The notes below the pieces were generated by a model. That model was not told where the DNA came from. It saw only the letters and a list, made by a program, of their open reading frames with translations, and did not search any database. The translations under genes and the position numbers were made by a program. A stretch of DNA of 63,327 nucleotides, filler included, from Dimorphilus gyrociliatus (taxonomy: Eukaryota > Animalia > Annelida): assembly GCA_904063045.1 (NCBI GenBank). It is 4 parts of 4 records of this genome, joined end to end, with 100 filler letters (N's around TTAATTAATTAA, not from the genome) between each part and the next. Parts side by side here need not be neighbours in the genome. Positions count along the whole stretch, not along the records: positions 1 to 14,652 come from CAJFCJ010000093.1; positions 14,753 to 28,149 come from CAJFCJ010000245.1; 2 more parts are not named here. The stretch is one strand, 5' to 3'. Shown in pieces: positions 9,215 through 22,452 of this stretch. Within the stretch, counting starts at the first letter, position 1. Each line of letters opens with the position of its first letter.

Positions 9215-9523
9215 TTATAAAATTTTCTTATATTTTTTTGATACAGATGTTAATTTTTGAATATATTTAAAAATAACTTTTAGCTCTTCTACATTGTCTG
9301 AAGGGTCAGCTAATGCCTCTTTAATACAACATGCTCCTAATAATTGATAGTTAAAGAATTGTTTACAGATAGCAGAATCAAAAGTTACATGAAATCTGCT
9401 ATAGTAGGCATTGTAGTAACAATGAAATAGAAAACTAATTTGAACTTTTAAATTTTTTTCAGTAATATCAATTGATTGAGTAGGATCTTCAAAAATTGGA
9501 ATACACCATCTATTAGTTTCCAT
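9215..9523 (-). CDS. Orphan 102-aa ORF, possibly the same gene as 8227-9171 (spliced or frameshifted)
   Basis: Co-oriented ORF ending 43 bp upstream of the 314-aa ORF, with protein-like composition. Confidence 0.35.
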   Translation of the reverse strand: METNRWCIPIFEDPTQSIDITEKNLKVQISFLFHCYYNAYYSRFHVTFDSAICKQFFNYQLLGACCIKEALADPSDNVEELKVIFKYIQKLTSVSKKYKKIL

Positions 9524-10129
9524 TGTAATGCTGTGTAAAAAAAAATTATTAGAAAAATTTCAAAGTGTATTTGTACAACTTACAAAAAATTTTTCAAAGC
9601 CTTCTCTTTTCCACAAAAAAGTAAACCAAGTTTCCAAAGTCAAACCTGAGACTGATTTAATGAATATTAAAAACACCCAGTTATATTTATATACATCTTC
9701 TTGGTTAAGAGTTTTTTTCTGTAAACAATTTAATTAACCAAACAATTGAAAAGGTTTTTAGTGATCTTTCCCTTGATCACCTTTTTACATAATATGCAAG
9801 CACTCACTAAACAACTATTAACCATTGAATACTTTCACTCTTGTCTTGTCAAACAAAGTTAATTTAAACTTACAAAGTTCAACTCTCCTTCAAAGCTTGA
9901 CTTTAGTTAATTCTATAAATTAATTATTTAAATATGCAGGGATGTGTTCTTTTCTTAATCTTTTTTTCTTACCAATCAAAAAAATTATAGCATAAAATAA
10001 ATTTCTTTAAGCCTTTAAATGTATAGAAAAAAATTTTCTTCAAAAAATAAATAATGTTTTCAACATTTAACTTACAATTTATTTATTTCACGTAAGAAAA
10101 ATACAACCAATTGATAGTATTATTTTTTG

Positions 10130-13100
10130 CCATTAATTTTGCTTCAAATTTGATCAAAATCGGTCCAGTGGTTGCTGAGATATGGATTCTCTTTAATGTT
10201 CCATTTTGACACTGTTATTGGCTTACATCAATCAAAAATATTCGTCATAAAAAAACTAAATTGGTTAATATTAGTGATACAGATCTGAAATTTTGTACAT
10301 ATACTGATATTGATATGCCGATTCCAAATCCTTTTACAGAATTCAATTATCTCTTATGGTTTGGGAGCTACATGGACTTGAAGTTTAATGCATTTTCTTT
10401 ATATAATTCATTGTCATAATTCATATTTTTGAATTGACAAATATTAATTTAATATATGGAATGTCTTTATAAATGTTCATATTATTTTCTAACAATAATT
10501 TTGGTTATAATCTTTTATAAAAGCCTATATAAAATATTTGTCTATGTTGTGCATACTCTGTTATTAATTAAGGTACAAAGTGCAACTGCCTTACATAAAA
10601 CATTTGTTATAAAATGATAATAAAGATTAATTGGTAGTTTTTTAATTTTTGTACATATAGCATTTAAGATATGCCAATTAAAAATATTTTTACAAAATTC
10701 AACTATGTTTTACAGTTATTAACAACTAATTGAAAGTAGATAATGATATCAGAGTGGCCAATTTTTTTATCTTATTTAAAAATTAAGAAAAGAAAAATAA
10801 TACTAAACCTTTATTAATATTTACAAAAAGACACATAGTTCTTTTTCAAAATTTTCATTGATGTACTCTTTCCTCCACAATTTAATGATATAGAACTTTG
10901 TATTAACTAATTTTGGGATGCCAATTTTAAATCTTACCATTACACAGATTTCAATTATGTTGTTTAGTTTTTAAGTTACTCTGCTTCAAAGTTTAATACA
11001 TTTCCTTTATATAAATCCCTAAAAGAATTGATATTTTTCAAGTGGGATTTATTTGAATGAGGTTTTGCTCACATTTTCATTGCTTACAATTTGTTTTAAT
11101 AATTTTTTTCCTTCAAATTTAATCTGACTCTTAAGAAAAACATAATAAGCAAAAGAATCAGCAAGCAGAGAATGCAGATCAAGATGTTGATCAAGAAGAT
11201 GAAGAAGAAGCTATGTATCTTGAAGAAGAAATAGATGTTATTGCCAGTTAAAGAAGTATTATACACTTTTGATGTTATAAATATTTTTATTGTTATGATA
11301 TAGTTGTGTTCAAAAGAATTCAACAAATTGTACTTAATTGGCAGATTGAGATCAGAGTGATTGTTTTTATTTGCAAGAAGTATCATAAGCAACTGGGATT
11401 TATAACTGTTGATTTATTTAAAAAAAATTAGAAAGAAATAGCAAAAAATGTATTAAAATGTATTTGTTTTTCCTTTGTATGTTTTTAATTTTAGTTTAAA
11501 GACATTTCTTTTTTTCTAATTTTTATATAGCTTCTTCTTAAATAAAACATTTTTTAAACAAAAAATATTAAAACTTTCTTTCAATTAACTTTTACAATTT
11601 TGATTCATTTTAATTGATATAGTCTCATTCTGTCATTAATTTTACTTCAAATTTCATCAAAAATCGGCCAGGTAGTTGCTGAGATATGGATTCTTATAAA
11701 TGTTCTATTTTAACACTGTTATTGGCTTACATCAATCAAAAATATTCGTCATAAAAAAATCAAATTTGTTAATATTTAAGTTAGAGCTTTCAAATTTGAT
11801 GCATATACTAATATCACTACGCCGATCTCAAATCTTTTTACAGAATTCAGTTATCTCTTACAGTTCCAGAGTTATGGCACCATCAAATTATGCTTGTTAT
11901 TTCTTACATATTGGTCTATAGGAAATATTCATAATGGCTGGACTAATTCTGTTGTTAATTAAGTTACATGTTTGTAATTCTGTATTTAGAATAGTATGAT
12001 AATGCCAATCATAAAAACACAATTCTTTTAAATATATATAATATAAAATAAAAAAAATTGATGTATATAGCTTACATTTAAATATTCAGTTATAGTCCTT
12101 TTTCTTACCATCAAGAAGTTGAAGAATAAAATATTCCTAAACCTATAAATGTACAGAAAATATATATTGTTTTATTTTGATTGAAGAGCATTTAGATTAG
12201 TATTCCAATTTGAATTTTTTTTACAAAATTTAACAATCTATTATGTTTTTCAGCAAGGGTCAGTTAATGTCATCTACATTTTCCTTATAAAGTTAGAGTT
12301 ATATACAGTATATTCTATTTGAATTCAATTATCTTTTGTAGTTTTTGAGCTACAGTGCTTCAAACTTTAATATATTTCCCTTTTATAATTCACTAAAAAA
12401 GTTGATATTTTTCAAGTGGGATTTATTTAAATAAGGTTATGATCACGTTTTATTTCTTATTATTTCTTCTAAAAAGTTTTTTCCTTAAAGTTTAATCTTG
12501 CATTACAACTCAGTGAAAATTTTTCATTATAGAGCTGTAAAGTTTTTTTTACATAAAACAAAAGTTAGCTAATACAATATTAATGTATTGAATAGGTTTT
12601 ATATGTTACTTTCCTCTTTCTCAAATATATATATATAATTGATTTCATTAAACATTGGAGAGATATATAAAGAATACTTTTATCAATTTAACCACAGCAA
12701 ACCAAATGCTACAATTCAAGATTCCTTTTAAAAGTATATAAAAATATTCAAAAGAATGATTTCCATCAGAACCAATAGAAAAAGTTTTGGAAGAAGAGGT
12801 CTATAAGAAAAGGATTAAGACAATAAGAAAAATAAACATGGTAAACAAGAAAACAAGAAAAAGGAACAGGAGAAACAGAAGGAAAACAAGAAGAGAAACA
12901 AACTCACCAAAAGGATGAGCAAGCAGAAGAGGCAGAGATGAAGAAAGTGTTATTTATTTTGAAGAAATAGATATTAAAAAAAATGATAAAAATATATATT
13001 AACCAAGAAATTTGATTCAAACATTTGATAAAAAATTGTTAAACTGAGAAGAATTGATCACTCTTACAAATAACTTTGTTTTTGGCTAAAATTCATAAAA

Positions 13101-13580
13101 AAATATTAATTATAGTAAAGAATGAAAAGTAATTATTATAAATTTAATACCAACAGCAAGACAGAATTGTAAAGTTATATTATATTATATATTTATTTAA
13201 ATTTCAATTTTGCCTTAAACTTTAATATATTTTCTTTATACAATTCATCACATTTCTATTAATATTTTTGGAATAAGAAATATTTATGTATTATGCAGAA
13301 CATCCCTCTAATTGTTATTATTTTTTCCTGACAATAATTTTGGTTCAAATTTGATCAAAATCGGCCCAGTAGTTGCTGAGATATGGATTATAAGAAACAT
13401 TATATATCAACTCTATTAAAAGCTTATATAAACAAAAATATTCGACGTTCAAAAAAACTAAATTTGTTAATATAAAAGTCAGAGCTCTGAAATTTGTACA
13501 TATACTAATATTGATATACCGATTATAAATCTTTTTACAGAATTCAATTATCTTTATAGTTTGGGAGCTACATTACGTTA
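10130..13580 (+). repeat. Degenerate higher-order tandem duplication (about 1.5-1.7 kb period) containing satellite monomers
   Basis: ttcaaattt(g/c)atcaaaa(a)tcgg...gttgctgagatatggatt at about 10143, 11645 and 13345, each followed by a 183-bp-family monomer (about 10325, 11829, 13528). aagtgggatttattt at about 11041 and 12414. Confidence 0.7.
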
Positions 13581-14652
13581 AAGTTTGTATTGAAGACTTT
13601 TTTTTAAAAAAAAAAAAAAAAAATTTTTCATCTTGAGTGATGTCTTAAAAAAAAAAGAACGGCGGTGGTGTCTGTTAATTAGTTTCAATATTACGAACTC
13701 AATATTATTTGGTCAGTCTGCCTACACCCCTACACATCAAAATGTAAGTAAAATTGTTAAATTACCCTGATTAATATCTGTTTTTGTAATTAATTTTTGT
13801 TGTATTTTATCTATTAAAATATGTAGAATGTTATCTGTTGCTTTTTAATTATTTTATTCAATTATGTACTTTGTTGTATTGTAATTGTAGGAATTTCTGG
13901 TTCGTCACAACTGTAATCGTCCTTTCCAATCATTTACCAACTTGCCAAAGTACTGGTCCAAATAGAACCTTTAAAGTTCGTCCACAAATAGTCTAACAAA
14001 GGCAATTTCGGTAGAAATTGATTAACAAAACACCAGTATTTCGTCCAAAGAATATGTATTGAGTAAAATGAGCTTCTAGTTCTAAACAAGCTAGTTTAAA
14101 CAACTAGCTGACGGTTAGAAAACTGAACTATCAACTGTTAATTTCGTAGGGTTTATATACTCTTTTAAGGGTTGATAGTTCACAAATTTCAATGTTCACA
14201 AAAACAAAAGTAACATTTGAAGACAAAGAAAAGTTCTAAATATGGTCATGTTTTTATTGTTTTCCTCTTCTAAATAATAGTTGAATTTCGAAGGTTGGAG
14301 AGTTGCATAAGATGTAACAATTTTAGTAGGACAAGTCCAACAATCAAGAAAACATGTAGATTGTATATTTGACCGTTTTTATATTCTACCTTAATAATGA
14401 TATTCAATTGATTGAGTTAGTAAATTTAGCATCAGCATATAGAGGAAGTATATCTGATTAATGCATGTTAAAAGAACAGTATTGTGTATACAAATGTTGA
14501 ATAGTGAATATAATCTAAACTTAGAATTTAAGCATAATTGATAATTAATTGAACTAGTTTTAGTTCGAAACATAAATTTATGGATTAATAAATTGTAATA
14601 TTAATGCTAGGTTGCAAATAGCAAATATTCTTTATATAATTCAATAGGTTTT

Positions 14653-14752
14653 NNNNNNNNNNNNNNNNNNNNNNNNNNNNNNNNNNNNNNNNNNNNTTAA
14701 TTAATTAANNNNNNNNNNNNNNNNNNNNNNNNNNNNNNNNNNNNNNNNNNNN
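14653..14752. other. Assembly spacer (N44-TTAATTAATTAA-N44)
   Basis: Identical 100-bp construct at three places; TTAATTAATTAA gives stops in all six frames. Confidence 0.97.
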
Positions 14753-17700
14753 TTTTTTAAAATTTTTCAAGAACTCTTTTTGATTGTACAGTTTTGCTCC
14801 ATATTTTAAAATACAATCCACAAATCAGTATACATTCAGTATAGTTGTGTGTTTGCCCAAAATTTTAAATTCTTTGATCAATACTAAAGAGTCTATAGTG
14901 ATAGTCTGTCAAGCAACTTTTAAATCATCTTTATATGAAATTTACTGCAAAAAATAAATGAACCTTTGTAATTATCTTCCTCACATCTTACTGATAAGGT
15001 ATATGCTCTCTATCTAAGGCATTTAAGCGACAAGTAGAGAAATCATTCTCAGACAATTTTTAATGGTAGAAAGAAAATACTACAATATCTCTATGAAACA
15101 CATTTCTGTAAGTGCAGTCCACTTGTCTCTGTAATAATAAGATTTTTCGTTTATAGAAAAAATCAACAGCATAAGCAAGCTTTCACCAGCTGCCATGAAT
15201 GTATTATTTGAAATATAGGATATACTGATTTATTTATTGTTGCACACAAAGATTTAGCAACTTTATCTGCATTTTCAGTCCTTTGAAATGTCAAAGGTAA
15301 GACTCCCAACTTTTTAGAATCAAACATAAACATTGTGCCAAAAGGTAATGATTCCACATAAATATATTTTTATATGCTTTTCAGAATTAGAACAACTTTT
15401 ACATCTGAAAGAAAAGATAAACTAAGTATTCACTGTTAATATGATTTGTATTATTACCTTTCAATTCAATGTAAAAACAATACAATCTTATTAAGTCTGT
15501 TTTGTCTGATTTTTTTAAAAGTTAAATCTTTGAAAGGAACAACAAAATATTCTCTAGAATATTCAAATTCGCAGTCACCATAAAATCGTGTGTTTTCACA
15601 CAAATGATTGCCTTTTTCATCATTTTTTATATACACCTGAAATGATGTTTTATTCAATCTCCAGAACATGGGATACTGATCAATATATGCATTGTCTGTA
15701 CCAAATTTACCAGCAAAAATATCTGAAGCATATAAAACAATATAAAAATGCTATTTATTACTTTTAAGTTAGAGATATAAAAGTGTTAATGACACTTACA
15801 TATTACATCAATTTTAAGACATTTTATACACCTGAGGTGTCTTTTATAATCCAAAATGTGTGACTTTATGGCTATTGAAATAATCTTTTTTGAACATTTG
15901 TTCAAAATCAATTTGTTCACTTGGAAATATGAAGCAAAAGGAATGATATACTTTTAATAGGAAATCCTGGGTTATTAGGATATACCAAATAAGGAAAATA
16001 CAGTTTTGGCATGGTGTATTCTTCCATAGTCTCCTTTATAATAGAATACCAAAAATTGCACAAACTCTAGCCTTTAGACAGAGGTGACCAATTAGAATTC
16101 GGGTCTGCCCAACCAAAAGATAGTCAAGTTTATTTTAACTGTTCAGATTGTGAACCAGAGAAAAGGCTACTATTTAAATTGGGAATTTATGAATTATCAA
16201 CTGCCAGTTATGGGTAATAAACAACGTACTTTAAGAGTCATTTTGTACACTTTTTTTCTTTGATTTTAAAAAAGCAAATTCTATTGGAATTTGTTTTGCT
16301 TCTCCATCATATTTAATAAAAGAGTAAACAAAAAAAAGCTGTACAAATGGATCTTTCACAACCTTAAAAAATCAAAATACCATACTTCCCTTTTACATAT
16401 AAATAAAGACAGCTGGTGTTTTTAGAGGCAAATAGTAAAACCCTTAGATAATTTACAACAAGATCGTTTTGAAAAAAATGATCATGTTATATTAATTTCA
16501 AAATCAATTTCGTTTGATTCTTTTGGCCTGGATTTTTGACTATTGATATTAGCTAGAGTTATAATTCACTTAGCCCTCTTAAGATGTGATCAAGCTATAA
16601 TTCATAGGCCTTCCTAAGGTGTGGCCCAGTTATAATTCAATTAGCCCTTCTTTAGATATGTAGGCTGGCAAAAAGATTTAAAAAATTTTCCTGTCAAATA
16701 TGCAGTGCTTATGTTTTCTTATTGTTGGACTTGTTGTATTAGAATTGCTACATCTTATACAACTCTCCAACCTCAGAAATTCAATTATTATTTAGAAGAA
16801 AGCAATAAAAACATGACCATATTTAAAAACTTTTCTTTGTCTTAAAATGTTAGTTTTGTTTTTGTCAACATTGAAATTTGTCAACTATCAACCCTTAAAA
16901 AAGCAAAAAAAAAACTACAAAACTGGATTTTGTAAACTCTACAAAATTAACATCACATAGTTCAATTTTCTAAGAGTCAGCTGGTTATTTACCTTGCTTG
17001 TTTAGAACAAGAAGCTCATTTTACTCAATACATAGAATACAATATAGAGAATTTTTTATAGAAATAGATGTCCTATTTTTAAAAATATTGTAGTAAAAAT
17101 AATGTGAACAGTGTAACAGACATTTTTTTGAAATATTTCAGACAGATACCAAAAAATGAAGTAAATTCTTTTGTTAAACGTTAAACTTTTGCCAGAACTT
17201 TTAAACTGCTAAGTCAAGAATCGCTATTCTGAACAGCAACTGTCTCTTATAGATTTACAAAGATTTTCAGTATAACTACATTCAATTTTACATTGAATAC
17301 ATATTTGGAATCTATCAAAATAGATTTCTTCCCATCACTGTTTAAATCGAATTAAATTGAAAGACAGAATGCCATCATTTTACTCTCTCTCCCTCTCTCT
17401 CTCTCATGAACTCTTAATACTCACTGGAGAAGATATTGCTTGATGAATGAAAAGGAAGACAAGGCAAATTGTAATTAAAATCTTCAGTGTTCTGTTGCAC
17501 TGTAAGGAATATCTTTTAGGTCTTCCAACACCAAATTGTTCACCCTGCGGGGAATTTATAAGAGAATATCTAATAATTCCATCTGTATCTAAAAATTCAT
17601 TGGATATGCCTCACTATAACTAATTAGTGTAGGCTTGTCCTCTTTATGCTTCAAATTCTGGCTAATCCTGAAAATTTATATTCGGCAATGATTCTTTAAG

Positions 17701-18063
17701 TTTACAATACACTGATTTTATGAAAACAATGTTCAACATCATTTTATTGATTCAGAATGAAAATGTCTCAAAATAAAATGGTCCAAAAAACGAAATATTT
17801 TTAAAAATTCTTAGAAAATATGATGTAGAAAAACATGACTTTTGTTAATTAAACAGAAAGGAACAACGACTTTCATTTTAAAAATCACTGAACAGGAAAT
17901 GTTGTTAAAAAAAAACTTAGACCATACTGAAGTTTATCCTGAATAAATAGTTTTGACTAGAGCATTGTTAACATCTGATTTACAATATTGTTGCATGTAC
18001 ACCACAGATCGCCTTAAGGTGATTTTATAACTTTATGCAAAATTGCAATATTTGGGTTAATTT

Positions 18064-21000
18064 TCAATCATGAGTGTCATTACTGTCATAATCATAGAAA
18101 TAACCATGATAAACAGAACCTGCTATTACTTTCAACTCATCATTAAAGTTCATACCATTTATTAAATTTTCATTCCCTCTAAGTTTTATAGATTGAAGAA
18201 ATGGACATTCTAATAATAAATGTTTGAGCCTTTCACAAACATTCTTTGTTAGGTTGCAATATTCCAAATTGACCTCCTCTAAATGGAGATATGAACTGTG
18301 AAGTTGTTCAATAATGCATTCAAATCCATTTCCCATATTTTCATTTGAACTTAGATCTATTGTTTGAATATTTTGACAGGAGGATAAAAAATTTGCAAGA
18401 ACTGTGCATAAATCTTGTCTTAAATTACAATTGGAAAGTATAATTTTTTGTAAAGAATAACTTGATTTTTGAAGTCCATTGCATAGATATTCAAAACCAT
18501 TTGACATATTTGGATTATAAGAAAAATTGACCGATTGAATGAAACTGGAAGAATTCAAAAAACGTCTTATGTATTCACACATTTTATCATCAAGATTGCA
18601 AAAACTAAAATTAACTTCAACCAGACTATCTTTAGATTGGTAAAAGTATTGAAGAATATTGAAAAGTCCATAACTATTTTGGAATGTTTCACCAAGATGT
18701 ACTTTGGAAATTTTATATGAATTTAAAATGATATTTCCAATATAATCTGGCATATTTTTATATGAATAGATGGTGCAACTAAAGATAATATCTTTATCAT
18801 TGATTTTCCCTCTAAAAACAAATGGTATCAATTGAGAATCAGAATTTCCAATTAGGCGAACAATGGGAGTATTGTAAAATTTTTTAAACATATTTTTAAG
18901 ATTTAACCAAATGTTTGTACCCATGTTACAATAACTCATGTCTATTACTTCTAATGAATTTGATAAATTTTCAAATTCAAGGCAAACTTCTGATGAAATT
19001 CCATTTTGGCTTATATCAATAGCTTTTATTTTTGTACACTTTCTTAATAGATTTCCAAGATTAATGATATGGCTATTTTTCAAACCACAAAATTTAAAAC
19101 TAATTTGCTTTAATGTAGCAGAAGATTTTTCTAATTCTTTAAAAATGTTAATCAATTCATCATAAAAACATTGATTTGAAGATAAGATTACCTTTTCAAG
19201 TTTAAAACATTTACTCAAAAGTTGTGTTACACTGGTGCAATTTTCACTTTTGATTGAACAGTAACTAAAATCAATTTCTTTTAAATTAATAGAAGATTTC
19301 TCCAGTTGTTCACAAATACTCTTAATTGAAATTTGTGCAAAAGAATTACTATGTAAATCTATTGATTCAATTTTTGAACACTTCATTAATAGATTACTAA
19401 TACTCTCACTTTTTTCAATATTAATCTCACAACAACTGAAATTTAAATTTCTCAATTTTTTTGAAGACTTTTCCATAGCTTTAGTAATTTTTGTAAAGCA
19501 ATCATTTGGAATACAAATATTTTTTGACAAATCAATACTTTCAATGTTAAAACATTTCTCCAAAAAAGTTCCTAAATTATTATAGTGACTTTTGTCTAAA
19601 TCATATCCCTTAAATTCAATAGCTTGTAAAGTATTTACAGAATTCTGTACCCCATTCCAAATACACGAAATTTGGTTATCCACATCAAAATTATCCACGA
19701 AAGACAATGATTGAATTTTACATTTGTTCAAAAAATTACAAACTCTATTCCATTCGCTGACATTCCAACGTGAACATGAAATATGAATATGTTTAATAAA
19801 GTCACATGACCATTCGAGAGCATTGCAAACTTTACATAGTGCATTTATATCATGTATACCAACTATTCTTACTGATTCAATCGTTGTATAATATTCTGTG
19901 ATAGCTGCTAAATCCATTATTGTACTCAAGTGCACATTACGTGAATCAAAATTAATTTCTTTTATAGTATTAGAAGATATAATCATTTGATCAGATAATA
20001 ATGTCAAATATTCATATATTTTTAAAGTAGTATTTAATATATTTATTTTTAGCCTATTTGAACATTTGATTAACAAATTCAACAAAGGCATCCATGATGA
20101 ACATTCGATCTCACATGACTTGAAATTTAAAACTTTCAAAGAATTGGAAGAATTTTCAAGTCCATTACAAATATTTGTTACATCATTTCTTGTGTAAAAA
20201 TCATTACTTACATTAAAAATTTCAATATTTGAACAAGATTTTAAAAAATTTCCAATATTTATAAAGCAATTTGAAGTTAACAGACAATGACTGAAATCTA
20301 ATTTTTTCAAAGTTTTACAAGATTTCTGCAAACCTTGACAAAGTGTATAGAATTCATCGTTTACAACATTATTAATTGATGGAAAGCTTACACTTTCAAG
20401 TTTTGAGCACCTGTTTAAAAGTCTTTCAAATTGGTTAAGCATTTGAAAATTAACTTTACATATAATATTTAGTTCTTTTAAATTTTTTGCAGATGCTTCA
20501 ACTGCAGAAAATATAGACGATTGTTGAAACTCATTCCTCAGCCCACCATTTATATATATACTTTGAATATTTTCACATTTTATTAGTAGATTTTCAATGT
20601 AATGTGAACTTCCTGGATGAAAGATTAAAGTATTTAAATGGAGTTCTCTTAATGTATTTGCAGATGTATCCAATGAAGAGCATAAAGTAAACAAATTCCT
20701 TGTACAAGATGAACAATTGTTAAATCTAATATTTTCAATTAGAGTACATTTCTTTAAAAGTTCACCCAAACATTTCTGCATTTTTTCATCAAATGCTGGA
20801 AACGTCAAAAATAAAGACTTCAAAGTATTTGTTGAGCTGTAAAGTCCAAAACAAATATGCAAAAATCCTGAGGTCTTTAGATTGTTTTCACATATGTTGA
20901 ATAGTTCAATTTGAAAGCATTCTATCATTAAATTTTTTATTGAGAGGCACACAGTGTCATCAATGTTGCATTTTTTAAATGTAATTTCTTTTAAATGTCT

Positions 21001-21300
21001 TGCTGAATTGTTTAACCCTTTGCAAATATTTGTTAATCCATTTTTCAAATCTCTATTATCAACTATAGTAATTTTTTCAATTTGATTACATTCATTTAAT
21101 AAGTTCATAATAGAAATACTATCCTTATAGTTAAGTCCAACCTTTTTAAAATGAATCACTCTTAAAGTTTTTGCTGATTTACTAAGTGCATTACAAATGA
21201 TAGGCCAAAAACTTTCCGGATTTGTCATATTATTAAACTGAGATGATAAAGAACACAATGAAGAAGCTTTGTAATTAAATTTTGAGATTGATAATGACAA
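18064..21300 (-). CDS. RI-like (NLR-type) leucine-rich-repeat protein, about 1080 aa in one large exon, no NACHT seen
   Basis: Repeated units such as LKEIDFSYCSIKSENC...LLSKCFKLEKVILSSNQ. A probable short 5' exon lies upstream (acceptor tttag before DIEESL; candidate ATG at about 21432). Confidence 0.85.
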   Translation of the reverse strand: MSLSISKFNYKASSLCSLSSQFNNMTNPESFWPIICNALSKSAKTLRVIHFKKVGLNYKDSISIMNLLNECNQIEKITIVDNRDLKNGLTNICKGLNNSARHLKEITFKKCNIDDTVCLSIKNLMIECFQIELFNICENNLKTSGFLHICFGLYSSTNTLKSLFLTFPAFDEKMQKCLGELLKKCTLIENIRFNNCSSCTRNLFTLCSSLDTSANTLRELHLNTLIFHPGSSHYIENLLIKCENIQSIYINGGLRNEFQQSSIFSAVEASAKNLKELNIICKVNFQMLNQFERLLNRCSKLESVSFPSINNVVNDEFYTLCQGLQKSCKTLKKLDFSHCLLTSNCFINIGNFLKSCSNIEIFNVSNDFYTRNDVTNICNGLENSSNSLKVLNFKSCEIECSSWMPLLNLLIKCSNRLKINILNTTLKIYEYLTLLSDQMIISSNTIKEINFDSRNVHLSTIMDLAAITEYYTTIESVRIVGIHDINALCKVCNALEWSCDFIKHIHISCSRWNVSEWNRVCNFLNKCKIQSLSFVDNFDVDNQISCIWNGVQNSVNTLQAIEFKGYDLDKSHYNNLGTFLEKCFNIESIDLSKNICIPNDCFTKITKAMEKSSKKLRNLNFSCCEINIEKSESISNLLMKCSKIESIDLHSNSFAQISIKSICEQLEKSSINLKEIDFSYCSIKSENCTSVTQLLSKCFKLEKVILSSNQCFYDELINIFKELEKSSATLKQISFKFCGLKNSHIINLGNLLRKCTKIKAIDISQNGISSEVCLEFENLSNSLEVIDMSYCNMGTNIWLNLKNMFKKFYNTPIVRLIGNSDSQLIPFVFRGKINDKDIIFSCTIYSYKNMPDYIGNIILNSYKISKVHLGETFQNSYGLFNILQYFYQSKDSLVEVNFSFCNLDDKMCEYIRRFLNSSSFIQSVNFSYNPNMSNGFEYLCNGLQKSSYSLQKIILSNCNLRQDLCTVLANFLSSCQNIQTIDLSSNENMGNGFECIIEQLHSSYLHLEEVNLEYCNLTKNVCERLKHLLLECPFLQSIKLRGNENLINGMNFNDELKVIAGSVYHGYFYDYDSNDTHD

Positions 21301-21730
21301 GGATTCTTCAATGTCTAAATGTATTGAGTTTTATATAGTTTTCAAATTAAATTATTTTACGATTTCTTGATTTTGGTTTAGAGCTGTTTTATTAAATAGT
21401 TTTAGTATTACACTGAGAAATTTTGACATCCATATATCTATCTATACTGTATATATATGAATATATAAATTTTATTGTAGCTTTTATCAGTTACCTGATA
21501 AGATAGAATGGAATTTTTTAAATTTTTTATCTATCATTTTTTATTGGTCTTAATAATTTTTAAAAATGTTCTGGGAATGAAATAATATTTATTGAAAAAA
21601 CACTAATGGCAGAGTAGAAACTTATAATTTTTATACCTCTTTTTGATAAATCCAATTATATTAATGTTTGGGTAGAGTAGGGTACAGTACAAAAAAAATA
21701 ATAGGAAGAAAGTTATGTCTGATTTAAACT

Positions 21731-21937
21731 GGGCTGACAGAAAACGTCCCCAAATGAGATTTTTGAAAGCAACATTTCGGATTGAAAAATGGTTAGGAGG
21801 GGTAAAGTAGCTTTTGATTTATAGTTAGGGGGGGTTCCATCTAAGGGTTAGGAGCAATCAAAAAGGTTAAGGAGAGACAAGGGCTAGGTTAGGGTTAGGG
21901 TTAAATCATGAATTTGGGGACGTTTTCTGTCGTATCC
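21731..21937. mobile_element. 207-bp MITE, MULE-type, copy 1
   Basis: TIR core gacagaaaacgtccccaaat / atttggggacgttttctgtc. 10-bp TSD GATTTAAACT at 21721-30 and 21938-47. Internal ggttagggttagggtt. Confidence 0.85.
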
Positions 21938-22199
21938 GATTTAAACTATGGTAACACTATACAAAATTGTATTATTTGAAAAGTTGGCACAATAGATTCA
22001 AAAGTCAAGTGTAATAAAAGGAATCATTTTTTATCTCGAAGGATAATCAAGGAAACAAGAAATTTAATCAAAATCTATAAAAAAGTTAATGTATGTGTGC
22101 ACTTTGATATGAGTTATTGACATCAGATGATTTTAACAGTTTTTTTTGTATTAAATGCATTAATTCATTTTCCAGATTATGTAATTTTGTTAACTGCTT

Positions 22200-22452
22200 T
22201 GAGGGGTTTTTACCAATCCTTTGCAAACTTTTGCTAATCCTTTTTTGTCCTAATTAGTCCTAATTAGTAACTAACACTTATCTTTTCAATTAGTGTACAT
22301 CTTTTTATGAATCTCTTAACAGCAATGCTATTCTCATCATTAAGTCCAGCTTTATTTAAAAATATTTCTTTTAAACTTTTTGTTGATTTGGAAAGACCCT
22401 TAGAAATGATAGGCCAAAAGTTTTCTCGATCTACATTATTGTTATATTGCAA
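22200..22452 (-). pseudogene. LRR gene fragment paralogous to the N-terminus of the 18064-21300 gene
   Basis: ENFWPIISKGLSKSTKSLKEIFLNKAGLN versus ESFWPIICNALSKSAKTLRVIHFKKVGLN. Interrupted by stops. Confidence 0.75.

Noticed and set aside
11096-11392. Hydrophobic 98-aa minus-strand ORF as a membrane protein
   Set aside because: Antisense shadow of a purine-rich repeat tract; no other support.
14697-14708. TTAATTAATTAA palindrome recurring between N-runs (also 28194-28205 and 38745-38756)
   Set aside because: Identical artificial scaffolding linker with six-frame stops. It also produces the fake ...LIN end of ORF 37056-38756.
17450-17660. Cadherin-like peptide DTDGIIRYSLINSPQGEQFGV on the minus strand, and short ORFs at 15163-15669
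   Set aside because: Too short, stop-interrupted and without a supportable gene model. Could be exon remnants but cannot be called from sequence alone.
21880-21905. TTAGGG/CCCTAA runs as true telomeres or fusion scars (also 22853, about 32500 and IGS 44918)
   Set aside because: Short, degenerate, and internal to MITEs or spacer DNA.
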